64,000 bases of DNA from an uncultured Bacilli bacterium. GTDB taxonomy: Bacteria > Bacillota_I > Bacilli_A > RF39 > UBA660. The DNA is taken from assembly GCA_934090935.1 (NCBI GenBank), contig CAKOKD010000001.1, forward strand, positions 290,571-354,570, written 5' to 3'. Positions 1 to 9,125 of this stretch are shown here, piece after piece (within the stretch, counting starts at the first letter, position 1; each line of letters starts with the position of its first letter). Both the position numbers and the translations under genes were made by a program. Below the pieces are notes generated by a model. It had not been told where the DNA came from. It worked only from the letters and a program-made list of their open reading frames with translations, and ran no database searches.

Positions 1-561
1 TAAAATTTTATCAACTATACCATAATTCATTGCTTCTTCTGCATCCATGTAATGATCTCTTTTTGTGTCGTTATTTATCTTTTTTAAAGTTTGGTTGGTG
101 TTTTTTGCAAGAAGTTTATTTAGTTTTTCTCTTAAATGTAAAATTCTATCAGCTTGAATTTGAATTTCCGTTGCTTGACCTTGAGCTCCACCTAGTATTT
201 CATGAATCATAACTTCAGCATTTTCCAGGATACATCGTTTTCCTTTAGTTCCGCTTGAAAGCAAAAAGGCACCCATTGAAGCACTCATACCAACTCCGAT
301 AGTTTCAACATCACTTTTTATAATTTTCATTGTGTCATATATGGCAAGACCAGCAGTAACTGATCCTCCAGGAGAATTGATATAGATTGATATATCATTA
401 TGATTAATTGAATCTAAATATAAAAGCTCGGATATAACTAAAGAAGCTGTATCATCATTAATCTCTCCACTTATAAATATGATTCTATCCTTTAATAATC
501 TTGAATAAATATCGTAAATTTGATGCCCTTCATAATTTTTTTCTACTATTGTTGGAATTAT
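1..561 (-). CDS. clpP: ATP-dependent Clp protease proteolytic subunit; the last few C-terminal residues lie beyond the window edge
   Basis: Reverse-strand translation gives ...[14 protein letters not shown]...[18 protein letters not shown]...[11 protein letters not shown]...[20 protein letters not shown], typical ClpP. AGGTGA then a TTG start inferred at 559-561; start uncertain. Confidence 0.8.
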   Translation of the reverse strand, partial: MIPTIVEKNYEGHQIYDIYSRLLKDRIIFISGEINDDTASLVISELLYLDSINHNDISIYINSPGGSVTAGLAIYDTMKIIKSDVETIGVGMSASMGAFLLSSGTKGKRCILENAEVMIHEILGGAQGQATEIQIQADRILHLREKLNKLLAKNTNQTLKKINNDTKRDHYMDAEEAMNYGIVDKIL

Positions 562-687
562 CAATATTATCACCTAATAATATTATAAATAAAACATTAG
601 AAAATATTCTTAAATAAAATGACAAATGGACACGAATTTTATAATAAAGAGTAAAATTCATGATATAATTTAGAATAGGTGGTATAC

Positions 688-2127
688 ATGAGTAATAAAG
701 AATATGCTGCGGGGTTAAAATTTTTATTATATGTTGCTGTTAAAGATTTATTTAACGGAGAAGTGTTTTTTCATCATTCTTTAGATAAAGGAATATATAC
801 AACTATTGAATGTAATGAAACAATAGATAAGGAAAAACTTCTTAATATAAAAAGTTATATGAAGGAACTTGTTGATAAAAATATTCCGATAGGTAAAAGA
901 ATAGTAAAAAAAGAAGATGCTTATAAATATTATAAAGAAAAAAATGCCTTAGAAAAGATGACTAATGTTTTAAATATAAGCAATATAACAGTTTCTTTAT
1001 TTGAATTAAATGGCAAATATAATTATTTTTATACGCATAATATGGTTAAATCAACTGGAGAATTAAAATTGTTTGATTTATATTTTATTGAAGATAATAA
1101 GTTTATATTGGTTTTACCAACTAATGATGAGATTATATTTAATTTTAGAAACAAGATATATGAATCCTTTAGAGAATATGATTCATGGTTAAAAAGAGTA
1201 AATATAAATTATGTAATGGATTTAAATAAGCTTATTGCAGAAGGTAAAATTAAAGATTTTATACGTAAAAATGATATTATGATTGAAAGAAATCTTGAGG
1301 GAATAGCTGAAGATATAGTCTCTAAAAATAAAAGAATTGTTTTACTTGCCGGACCTTCCAGCAGTGGAAAAACTACAACTAGTAAGAAGTTGAGTTTATA
1401 TCTTTCTTCTTTAGGGGTAAATGCAATTCCAATATCTCTTGATGATTTCTTCTTAAATAGAAATGAAACTCCAGTTGATGAATATGGTAATAAAGATTAT
1501 GAATCAATAAATGCTTTAGATTTGAAATTATTTAATAAAGTGTTAACTGATTTGTTGAGTGGAAATAAAACTTATTTACCAAGTTATAATTTTATTACTG
1601 GAGAAAAAGAAATCAGTACAACTTCAATAGTTTTAAATGAAAATGACTTATTAGTAATTGAAGGTTTACATGGACTTAATCCTAATTTAATAAGCAACGA
1701 ATATCAAGATTTAATATATAAAATCTATATTAGTCCTTTAACACCTTTAAATGTTGATAGACATAACTATGTTTCAACAACTGAAAATAGACTTCTTAGA
1801 AGAATAATAAGAGATTTTAGAACTAGAGGAAAAAGTGGAGAAGATTCACTTGCATCATGGGAAAGCGTTAGACGTGGAGAAGAGGCTTACATATTCCCAT
1901 ATACTGACAGTGCTGATGCTATAATTAATACAGCTTATACTTATGAAATTGGTGTTTTAAAAGTGTATGTTGAACCAATACTTTATAGTATTGATATAAA
2001 TAGTAAATATTATAATGAAGCTAGAAGAATAATAGATCACTTAAAAACTTTTTATCCAATTCCTAGTGAATATGTAAGTGAGGATAATTTGTTAAGAGAA
2101 TTTATTGGTGGATCTAGTTTTGAATAG
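688..2127 (+). CDS. uridine-kinase-family P-loop kinase with an N-terminal extension (about 250 aa)
   Basis: Walker A LLAGPSSSGKTTTSKKL and a uridine-kinase-like core (ISLDDFF...LVIEGLHGLNP) preceded by a ~250-aa N-terminal extension. RBS-like AATAGGTGG (about 675-683) precedes ATG 688; the track start at 679 is GTG. Confidence 0.6.
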   Translation: MSNKEYAAGLKFLLYVAVKDLFNGEVFFHHSLDKGIYTTIECNETIDKEKLLNIKSYMKELVDKNIPIGKRIVKKEDAYKYYKEKNALEKMTNVLNISNITVSLFELNGKYNYFYTHNMVKSTGELKLFDLYFIEDNKFILVLPTNDEIIFNFRNKIYESFREYDSWLKRVNINYVMDLNKLIAEGKIKDFIRKNDIMIERNLEGIAEDIVSKNKRIVLLAGPSSSGKTTTSKKLSLYLSSLGVNAIPISLDDFFLNRNETPVDEYGNKDYESINALDLKLFNKVLTDLLSGNKTYLPSYNFITGEKEISTTSIVLNENDLLVIEGLHGLNPNLISNEYQDLIYKIYISPLTPLNVDRHNYVSTTENRLLRRIIRDFRTRGKSGEDSLASWESVRRGEEAYIFPYTDSADAIINTAYTYEIGVLKVYVEPILYSIDINSKYYNEARRIIDHLKTFYPIPSEYVSEDNLLREFIGGSSFE

Positions 2128-2138
2128 GAGAGGAAAAT

Positions 2139-3140
2139 ATGAAAAAGATTGCAATTAATGGTTTTGGAAGAATTGGTAGACTTGCTTTTAGAGAACTTTT
2201 AAAGTCTCAAGAGTATGAAGTAGTAGCTGTTAATGATTTAACAAGTGTAGAAGATTTATATTATTTATTGAAATATGATTCAAATTTTAGAATGTTTGAT
2301 GCAAGTAGCTTATCTTTTGATGATGAATCATTGATAGTAGCTGGCAAACATGTACGCGTTTTTAAAGAAACGGATGCAACAAATTTACCTTGGGGTGAAC
2401 TTGGAATTGATGCCGTATTGGAGTGTTCTGGACATTACACTGACTTAGAAAAAGCAAATTCACATATCATAGCTGGAGCTAAACATGTTATCATTTCGGC
2501 ACCTGGTAAAGGAGATATGAAAACAATCGTCTTTGGAGTTAATTCAAGAGGCCTTGATGGAAGTGAAAAAGTGATATCAGCCGCAAGTTGTACAACAAAT
2601 TGTCTTGCTCCAGTATTAAGTTTATTGGATAAAGCTTATGGAGTAGAATATGGATATATGACAACTATTCATGCAACAACAAATGATCAAACAACTTTAG
2701 ATGTTGCTCATAAAAAAGGAGCTTTTTCAAGACGTGGAAGAAGCGCTTTAGAAAATATTATTCCAGCATCTACTGGTGCTGCTAGTGCAATAGGTAAAAT
2801 TTTACCAAATTTAAATGGAAAACTTAAAGGAAGCGCTTTTAGAGTTCCAACAATTGATGGTTCAGTAGTTGATTTAACAGTTAAACTAGGAAAATTTGTA
2901 ACTAAAGAAGAAATAAACGAAATGTTTAAAAATAATCAAAGCGATGTTATCAAATTTACAATGGATCCAATTGTTTCAAGTGATGTAATTGGAACACATA
3001 CGGGTTCACTTGTTGATGGACTTTTAACTGATGTTCTTGAATGTGATGGAGAAGAACTTGTAAAAATAGTTGCTTGGTATGATAATGAACTTGGTTATAC
3101 TTGTCAAATGATTAGAACTTTAGGAGAACTTTTAAAATGA
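2139..3140 (+). CDS. gap: glyceraldehyde-3-phosphate dehydrogenase
   Basis: INGFGRIGR NAD-binding motif and the active-site SCTTNCLAP; 333 aa; RBS AGGAGAGG. Confidence 0.95.
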   Translation: MKKIAINGFGRIGRLAFRELLKSQEYEVVAVNDLTSVEDLYYLLKYDSNFRMFDASSLSFDDESLIVAGKHVRVFKETDATNLPWGELGIDAVLECSGHYTDLEKANSHIIAGAKHVIISAPGKGDMKTIVFGVNSRGLDGSEKVISAASCTTNCLAPVLSLLDKAYGVEYGYMTTIHATTNDQTTLDVAHKKGAFSRRGRSALENIIPASTGAASAIGKILPNLNGKLKGSAFRVPTIDGSVVDLTVKLGKFVTKEEINEMFKNNQSDVIKFTMDPIVSSDVIGTHTGSLVDGLLTDVLECDGEELVKIVAWYDNELGYTCQMIRTLGELLK

Positions 3141-3799
3141 AAAAGATATGTTTATTTCTTTTAAGCTTTCTAATTATTCCTTTATTTGTATTGGCTGATT
3201 CGACCAATTTTGAACCATTATATGAAATGGATACTGAGATAAAGGATAACTATATCTATTTAATGTTGAGTTATGATGGAGATATGGTTGAAACTATAAA
3301 TGAGACGATATCGTTTAAAACTAAAGATATTGAACTTACTGGTGTAGATGGAATAAATGGATATGAAATCACTAAAAAAGAAATAAATGAAAAGGGTAAA
3401 TATACTAGTTATGATATAAGCATATCAAGTGGTGAATCTATTTCATCTAAAGAATACGCTATAATAGAGTTTAAAGTTGATAAAACTAAAAATGCTGATA
3501 TATTTTTCTATAATATAGATGGAGTTAATTTCAATTCTAAGTTTAGAAATAAAGGCTCGGTTTTATCATTAAGAAAAGATAATGATCTAATGATTTATAC
3601 TAAAAAGGAGATAAATTCAAACACTAAAATACAATATATGCTTATAGATAATATGTATATATTCATTATTCTAGGAATAGTTTTATTAATAATAGTTTTG
3701 ATATTTATAAATATACCTAGTAAGAAAAATGTTAAAAAACCTGATGTTTTGAACAATGAAGATGATATAGATACATCATTTTATAATAAAGATATATAA
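3137..3799 (+). CDS. hypothetical secreted or membrane-anchored protein (N-terminal signal peptide, C-terminal TM helix)
   Basis: Start overlaps the gap stop. Hydrophobic N-terminus, hydrophobic stretch IFIILGIVLLIIVLIFI near the C-terminus. No recognised domain. Confidence 0.45.
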   Translation: MKKICLFLLSFLIIPLFVLADSTNFEPLYEMDTEIKDNYIYLMLSYDGDMVETINETISFKTKDIELTGVDGINGYEITKKEINEKGKYTSYDISISSGESISSKEYAIIEFKVDKTKNADIFFYNIDGVNFNSKFRNKGSVLSLRKDNDLMIYTKKEINSNTKIQYMLIDNMYIFIILGIVLLIIVLIFINIPSKKNVKKPDVLNNEDDIDTSFYNKDI

Positions 3800-3920
3800 A
3801 AGTTCAAATTTATATTGTTGATAATGATATATTAATATTTATACTTGGAATGTTATCGGAGATTATGCTTACTATTTGCTCAAATAAACTGTATAAAAGA
3901 AAAACAAAGGTTAATTCTGA

Positions 3921-3949
3921 TTGACAAATGAAGGAATAGAACTTATAAT
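3921..3949 (+). promoter_or_regulatory. sigma-A-type promoter of the ileS leader (TTGACA-17-TATAAT)
   Basis: TTGACA 3921-3926, 17-nt spacer, TATAAT 3944-3949. Confidence 0.6.
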
Positions 3950-3955
3950 TTAGTT

Positions 3956-4172
3956 TGTAAAGCAATTGATGAAGACGTTAAATAATGATTTTTTATAGAG
4001 AAGCTGTGGGTGGTGCAAACAGTTAAAAATAGTTATTTAAGAATCACTTCTAATGCGACTTAGGGATAAGCTAAGTACGTTTACTGCGTTAAAGTTAATA
4101 AAGTGTGAATTACATTCATAAAATAGGATGGTACCACGGACTTGTTCGTTCCTATGTTATGGATGTTTTTTT
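3956..4172 (+). promoter_or_regulatory. T-box riboswitch leader of ileS
   Basis: Conserved T-box sequence AAATAGGATGGTACCACGG at 4122-4139 followed by a U-run (4165-4172) before the ileS RBS. ileS is a classical T-box-regulated gene in Firmicutes. Stem I, specifier and terminator pairing were not resolved by eye. Confidence 0.6.
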
Positions 4173-4190
4173 ATTGGAAAGGAAATGGTT

Positions 4191-7100
4191 ATGAAAAATT
4201 TTAAAGAACTTGATAAGAGAAAAGCAAGTGAAGTAGAAGAAAGTATCTTAGAAACTTGGAAAAAAGAAGATATTTTAAATGAAACAATTAAAAATAGAAA
4301 AAATGGAAAAAATTGGGTATTCTATGATGGACCAATATATGCAAATGCTAAACCTGGAATTCATCATGTTCTTGCTAAAACAATTAAAGATTCATTTTGT
4401 AAATATCATACAATGAAAGGCGAAAGAGTTTTAAGAAAAATTGGACTTGATACTCATGGACTTCCAATTGAAGTTAATGTAGAAAAGAAGCTTGGTTTTA
4501 AAACAAAAGCTGATATTGAAGCGTTTGGTGTTGAAAATTTCTGCCGTGAATGTAATAAAGCAACAGCATTAAATATTGATGAAATAAATGCTGTTACGGA
4601 TAAAATGGGTCAATTTATTGATTGTGAACATCCTTATGTAACTTGTTCAAATGAATATATTGAATCTGAATGGTGGATTATAAAAGAAATGGACAAAAAA
4701 GGACTTTTATACCATGGTAATAAAGTTTTATGGTATTGTCCTAGATGTGGAACAGAACTTTCTCAAAATGAGGTTTCACAAGGTTATGAAGAAACAAGTG
4801 TTAATACTGTAATCGTACCTTTAAAAAGAGTTGATGCGGATGAATATTTTCTTGCTTGGACTACAACTCCTTGGACTTTAATGGCAAACGTTGCTATATG
4901 TGTTAATCCAGAACTTACTTACATAAAAGTATTATCTCAAGGATACAAATTTATTTTAGCTTCTGCTTTAGCTTCAAAAGTATTAGGTGAAGATTATGAA
5001 GTTCTTGAAACTTATAAGGGATCTGATTTAGTAGGAATAAAATATAAGCAATTGATGCCTTTTGTTCATGTTGAAGGAAAATGTCATGAAGTAATAGCAG
5101 ATAATTATGTTACTGCTGAAGATGGTACAGGAATAGTTCATATTGCACCTGCTTATGGTGAAGATGATAATCGTGTATGTCGTGAAAATGGCATTGGTTT
5201 TGTAAATCCAGTTGGATTAGATGGATGTTATACTGAAGGACCATGGAAAGGAACTTTAGTAACTGATCCTAATCTTGAAATAGAAATCATTAAGTGGTTA
5301 AAAGAAAATGATAAACTATTTAAGAAAATTAAAATAGTTCATGATTATCCTCATTGTTGGAGATGTCATTCACCACTTATAAGTTATCCAAAACCAGCTT
5401 GGTATATTAAGACAACAGCTTATAAAGATAAAATAATTGAAGAAAATAAGAAGATAAATTGGTATCCTGATTATGTTGGAAATAAACGCTTTGCTAACTG
5501 GCTTGATAATATGATTGACTGGGGAATTTCTAGAAATAGATATTGGGGTTGTCCTCTTCCAGTTTGGACTTGTTCATGTGGTAATAAGTGTGTTGTCGGA
5601 TCAATTGATGAATTACAAGAGCTAGTAATTGAAGATGTTGATGTTAGAAAGATGGAATTACATCGTCCTTATGTTGATGAACTTCATGTTAAATGTGATA
5701 AATGTGGAAAATCTATGGATAGAGTCAAAGATGTATTAGATGTTTGGTTCGATTCTGGAGCTATGCCATACGCTCAATATCATTATCCATTTGAAAATAA
5801 AGAATTATTTGAAAGCCAATTCCCAGCTGATTTTATAGCTGAAGGACTTGATCAAACTCGTGGATGGTTCTATGTTTTACTTGTAATTTCAACAATAATT
5901 TCTGGTGAATCTAGTTTTAAAAACGTTGTTGTAAACGATATGGTTCTTGACGGATTTGGTAAAAAGATGAGTAAATCAACTGGTAATATAGTTGATCCTA
6001 TAAATGAGTTGGATGAATACGGTGCAGATATAGTTAGATGGTATATGCTTTCAGTCTCTCCTGTATGGACACCTTTAAAATATGATTCAAAAGGTTGTAG
6101 AGAAGTTCATTCAAAATTCTTTAATCCATTTAAAAACACTTATACATTCTTCCAAACTTATGCTAATATTGATGGAATAGATACAGATGAATGTGATGTT
6201 GCTTATGAAGATCGTGAAGAAATAGATAAATGGCTTTTATCTAAATATAATAAACTAGTTAAAAATGTTACTGATGCTTATGAAGCATATGACTTAAATC
6301 AAGTAGTTAAACAAATAACTTCATTTGTTTCAGAAGATTTATCTAACTGGTATATAAGAAGAAATAGAAATAGATTTTGGAGTAGTGAACTTGATAATTC
6401 TAAAAAATCTGTATACATAACTACTTATGAAGTTTTAATTGGTTTATGTGGATTATGTGCTCCAGTTATTCCTTATATAACTGAAGAAATATACAAGAAT
6501 TTAACTGGTGAGAAATCAGTTCATTTAAGCGATTTCCCTAAATATGATGAAAATTTAATCAATGAAGAAATTGAAGTTAAAATGGATTTAGTAAGAGATT
6601 TAATTTCTACAGGAAGATATGTTCGTGAAGAAACTAAGATAAAAGTGCGTCAACCATTAAGTGAAGCTTTAATTGATGGAAAATATGAAAGTATTTTAGG
6701 AAACTTAGTAAGTTTAATCAATGAAGAATTAAATGTTAAAAAAGTTACTTTTGTTGATGATTTATCTAAATATATGAATTTTACAATTAAACCAAACTTT
6801 AAAGTATGTGGATCTATGTTCGGATCTAAGATGGGCCTTTATAGTGAAACTTTGAAAAATTTAAGTTTAGATGATGAAGAGGCTTTATTGAAAGAAGAAA
6901 CTATTACAGTAGACTTTAATGGTGAAAGACTTGATATAACACCTGAAATGGTTGATGTTAGAATCGATGCTAAGGAAGGATTCAATGTTGGTATGGAAAA
7001 TAATAAATTTATTATTCTAAATACTGAACTTACTCGTGATCTTTTACTTGAAGGTCTTGCTCGTGAATTTGTATCTAAAGTTCAAAATATGAGAAAAACA

Positions 7101-7292
7101 AGTGGGTTAAATATTGAAGATAGAATTAAACTTTATTTCTATGGTGATGATGAAGTAAATGATGCTTTAATAATGTTTAAAGATTATGTTAAAGAAGAAA
7201 CATTAGCAGTAGTTTACGAAGAAAAAGAAAGTGGAGAAGTTGTGGATATCAACGGCCATGACGTTATAATATCAATAGAAAAGAGTGAATAA
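4191..7292 (+). CDS. ileS: isoleucyl-tRNA synthetase (long, type-2-like form)
   Basis: HIGH-like PGIHHVLAKT, KMSKSTGN, a zinc-knuckle CPRCG...CSCG, about 1030 aa. The track start at 4128 lies inside the leader; ATG 4191 (MKNFKELDK) with AAAGGAAA RBS is preferred. Confidence 0.93.
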   Translation: MKNFKELDKRKASEVEESILETWKKEDILNETIKNRKNGKNWVFYDGPIYANAKPGIHHVLAKTIKDSFCKYHTMKGERVLRKIGLDTHGLPIEVNVEKKLGFKTKADIEAFGVENFCRECNKATALNIDEINAVTDKMGQFIDCEHPYVTCSNEYIESEWWIIKEMDKKGLLYHGNKVLWYCPRCGTELSQNEVSQGYEETSVNTVIVPLKRVDADEYFLAWTTTPWTLMANVAICVNPELTYIKVLSQGYKFILASALASKVLGEDYEVLETYKGSDLVGIKYKQLMPFVHVEGKCHEVIADNYVTAEDGTGIVHIAPAYGEDDNRVCRENGIGFVNPVGLDGCYTEGPWKGTLVTDPNLEIEIIKWLKENDKLFKKIKIVHDYPHCWRCHSPLISYPKPAWYIKTTAYKDKIIEENKKINWYPDYVGNKRFANWLDNMIDWGISRNRYWGCPLPVWTCSCGNKCVVGSIDELQELVIEDVDVRKMELHRPYVDELHVKCDKCGKSMDRVKDVLDVWFDSGAMPYAQYHYPFENKELFESQFPADFIAEGLDQTRGWFYVLLVISTIISGESSFKNVVVNDMVLDGFGKKMSKSTGNIVDPINELDEYGADIVRWYMLSVSPVWTPLKYDSKGCREVHSKFFNPFKNTYTFFQTYANIDGIDTDECDVAYEDREEIDKWLLSKYNKLVKNVTDAYEAYDLNQVVKQITSFVSEDLSNWYIRRNRNRFWSSELDNSKKSVYITTYEVLIGLCGLCAPVIPYITEEIYKNLTGEKSVHLSDFPKYDENLINEEIEVKMDLVRDLISTGRYVREETKIKVRQPLSEALIDGKYESILGNLVSLINEELNVKKVTFVDDLSKYMNFTIKPNFKVCGSMFGSKMGLYSETLKNLSLDDEEALLKEETITVDFNGERLDITPEMVDVRIDAKEGFNVGMENNKFIILNTELTRDLLLEGLAREFVSKVQNMRKTSGLNIEDRIKLYFYGDDEVNDALIMFKDYVKEETLAVVYEEKESGEVVDINGHDVIISIEKSE

Positions 7293-7303
7293 CTCTTTTT
7301 TTT
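7279..7303 (+). terminator. intrinsic terminator of ileS (hairpin AGAGTGAATAACTCT plus T8), contiguous with the left end of cassette R1
   Basis: The inverted repeat spans the ileS stop codon and is followed by TTTTTTTT (7296-7303). Confidence 0.65.
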
Positions 7304-7345
7304 ATGCTTTCTAGGTTCTAATTTTGTCGACATTTGTCGGATTTA

Positions 7346-7373
7346 TTGACAATGAAAATTAACTATATATAAT
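7346..7373 (+). promoter_or_regulatory. consensus sigma-A promoter inside R1 (TTGACA-16-TATAAT), immediately preceded by the TGTCGACA palindrome
   Basis: TTGACA 7346-7351, TATAAT 7368-7373. TTGTCGACATTTGTCGG at 7324-7340 is a candidate operator. Confidence 0.6.
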
Positions 7374-7469
7374 ACAAACTCGAGAAGCAGAAAAAGATGC
7401 TTATCACTTCCAAACTAGAGGCTAAATTATTCGGGGTTTTGGTTAAGGAGTACGAGAGGAAGTGATACG

Positions 7470-7547
7470 ATGAAGAAGGATAATCAAATAAGATTACTTT
7501 ATCTAATCGTTTTTATATTGTTAATAGTAATTCTAAAATTATTATAG
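7470..7547 (+). CDS. small hydrophobic peptide (25 aa, MKKDNQIRLLYLIVFILLIVILKLL), candidate type I toxin
   Basis: ATG preceded by GAGGAAGTGATACG. The SD region GGAAGTGATA is complementary to upstream TATCACTTCC, predicting SD sequestration. ORF conserved in all three R copies. Confidence 0.5.
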   Translation: MKKDNQIRLLYLIVFILLIVILKLL

Positions 7548-7551
7548 CAAC

Positions 7552-7640
7552 AAAAAAAAGCATCTTTATTCTACTGAATAAGGATGCTACACCCATAAGT
7601 GGTAAGCATCAGCCTCAAAAGAAACTTCTGCTTCTCACTA
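7552..7640 (-). ncRNA. putative antisense sRNA (antitoxin candidate) convergent to the small ORF
   Basis: On the minus strand a TATATT -10 sits about 7 nt upstream of GTGAGAAGCAG, with a -35-like TTACAT 17 nt further up. The transcript would end at hairpin GCATCCTTATTCAGTAGAATAAAGATGC plus U8. The + strand has an A-run before this hairpin and no U-run after it, so it terminates minus-strand transcription only. Confidence 0.4.
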
Positions 7641-7750
7641 AATTAAATATAGCATAATCAAAATAAAATGTAAATATTTACACATAATAGTATTGTTATA
7701 CCGAATAAAAAATTAATCTATGGTACAATTAAAATAGAATGGTGTGTATT

Positions 7751-9061
7751 ATGAAGAGAAAGAGTGCATTAGTATTTACAATTTTATTATTAGCGGTGGG
7801 ATTTGCTGCCGTGTCAACAACTTTAGTAATAAATGGGTCTGCAAAAGTAAGTGAAAATACAGAGGATTTTTCTGTAATATTTACCAAGGCTTCATTAGAT
7901 GGAACAGATGTATATGCAAATATAGTTGATGATACTAAAAAGATAATAAATTTTTCAACAAATGAATTAAAGACAATAAATCAAACAAGTGTGTTAAATT
8001 ATGAAGTAACAAATAATTCAAGCAATTATGATGCTGAAGTTCAAGTAACTTGTAAATTAAAAGATGGTGGGTCTGCTAAATATACAAGTATCAAAAATGA
8101 ACTAGAAGGAAATGCAACAATTGTAAAAGCCAAAGAAAGCTTAAATGGAACATTAACAGTTAACTTAAAAAAAACTGCTACAGAAGAAGTAAATGAACAA
8201 TATGTTTGTGAACTAACGTTTAATGCAGTAGAGAGAACTCAGTTGGGAAATAATCCAGCTATTGATAAGCTAATATCTTTAGCTAATTCTGAGGAAATAA
8301 ATTCATATGAAAATGGAAATAAAAATCAATTATATGTTTTTAATCATGAGCAAACTAAACAAACAGAAGCCCTAAGCGACTATCGTTTTATTGGCGATAA
8401 TCCATATAATTATATAAAGTTTAGTGGTGAAACATGGAGAATATTAGGTATCTTTGATATTGATGGAGAAAAAAAGATTAAAATAATAAAAAATGATACT
8501 TTGGATAGTTCATACGCTTGGGATACTAACGGAAAAAATAATTTTATAATTTCAAGTTTAAATAATTATTTAAATGAAAATTATTATGAAACTTTGGATA
8601 AAAATTATATATCAAAAACAAAAATCTACTTAGGTGGAACTGATATGATGCAATATGTAAAGGCAAATGAATGGTATAGTCATGAAAGAAGTAATAAAGT
8701 GTATTCTGGAAACCCAAGTTATTATAATGACGCATATGTTTCTTTAATGTATCCATCGGATTTTGCTTATACTTATGCCTATGGAATTGACAATGAGTGT
8801 TTTAATAATGGATTTGGATGTGATGTTTCATCAGGAAGAACTAATAGTTGGATGTATATTGGTAAAAATATGGAAGCATTTATAACTCCTGATTCAAGTT
8901 CAAGTAATCAAATTTATAGAATGAATTCTTCCAGTGGTTATAATAAAAGTACATCTTCAACTTTAATGTATATAAGACCAGTTGTATATTTAAATAGCAA
9001 TGTGAAATTTATTTCAGGAGATGGATCAAGCACAAATCCTTATAAATTAGATACAAATTAG
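7751..9061 (+). CDS. secreted family member A: conserved N-terminal module plus lectin-like C-terminal domain
   Basis: Probable start MKRKSALVFTILLLAVGFAAV (the track's 7739 start adds MVCI). N-module is highly similar to the 14603 and 56406 genes (FSVIFTKASLDG.DVY..VDDTKKII.F......QTSVLNYEVTNNSSNYDAEV.VTC...YVCELTFNAVER). C-terminus ...WMYIG...YIRPVVYL...GSSTNPYKLDTN. Own promoter with extended -10 TGGTACAAT; no poly-G. Confidence 0.8.
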   Translation: MKRKSALVFTILLLAVGFAAVSTTLVINGSAKVSENTEDFSVIFTKASLDGTDVYANIVDDTKKIINFSTNELKTINQTSVLNYEVTNNSSNYDAEVQVTCKLKDGGSAKYTSIKNELEGNATIVKAKESLNGTLTVNLKKTATEEVNEQYVCELTFNAVERTQLGNNPAIDKLISLANSEEINSYENGNKNQLYVFNHEQTKQTEALSDYRFIGDNPYNYIKFSGETWRILGIFDIDGEKKIKIIKNDTLDSSYAWDTNGKNNFIISSLNNYLNENYYETLDKNYISKTKIYLGGTDMMQYVKANEWYSHERSNKVYSGNPSYYNDAYVSLMYPSDFAYTYAYGIDNECFNNGFGCDVSSGRTNSWMYIGKNMEAFITPDSSSSNQIYRMNSSSGYNKSTSSTLMYIRPVVYLNSNVKFISGDGSSTNPYKLDTN

Positions 9062-9097
9062 ATGAAACTAAAAAAGAATAATATATTAAAAAAACAC

Positions 9098-9125
9098 ATG
9101 ATTTCATGTGTTTTTTTTAATGTAT
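9098..9125 (+). terminator. intrinsic terminator after gene A
   Basis: AAACACATGATTTCATGTGTTT hairpin followed by a T-run. Confidence 0.65.

Larger units (their letters stand above)
7312..7655 (+). repeat. R1: about 345-bp conserved cassette (copy 1 of 3), a putative type I toxin-antitoxin module
   Basis: Near-identical copies at 24541-24880 and 33521-33860. Contains the TGTCGACA palindrome, a consensus promoter, a small hydrophobic ORF, a hairpin and a 5'/3' complementary segment. Confidence 0.8.

Noticed and set aside
4128-4190. Long N-terminal extensions given by the ORF track for ileS (4128), GluRS-like (26743), RNase J (38370), trpS (25098, TTG), HAD (52850, GTG), gene C (56397, GTG), gene A (7739)
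   Set aside because: Extensions lie inside T-box leaders or lack an RBS. Internal ATGs with proper Shine-Dalgarno spacing were preferred.
7312-7655. Cassette R as an IS element or MITE
   Set aside because: No terminal inverted repeats and no transposase. Conserved promoter / small-ORF / antisense layout fits a TA-type cassette better. The flanking 31-bp duplication is of host sequence (ileS end), not a short TSD.
7751-7850. Family leaders as type IV prepilin (G/FxxxE) or SipW-cognate (AYFTD / TasA-like) signal peptides
   Set aside because: No Gly-Phe-x-x-x-Glu processing motif and no AxFxD motif after the hydrophobic core. Treated as a Sec signal peptide or signal anchor of unknown processing.
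8544-8756. Numerous 60-170-aa ORFs on the strand opposite to long genes. Examples: 8544-8756, 12012-12224, 13926-14213, 15493-15743, 17112-17351, 47978-48280, 50319-50855, 51061-51502, 56954-57379, 57846-58349.
   Set aside because: Shadow ORFs expected in AT-rich DNA. They have no RBS, low-complexity or stop-avoiding composition, and are fully embedded in well-supported genes.
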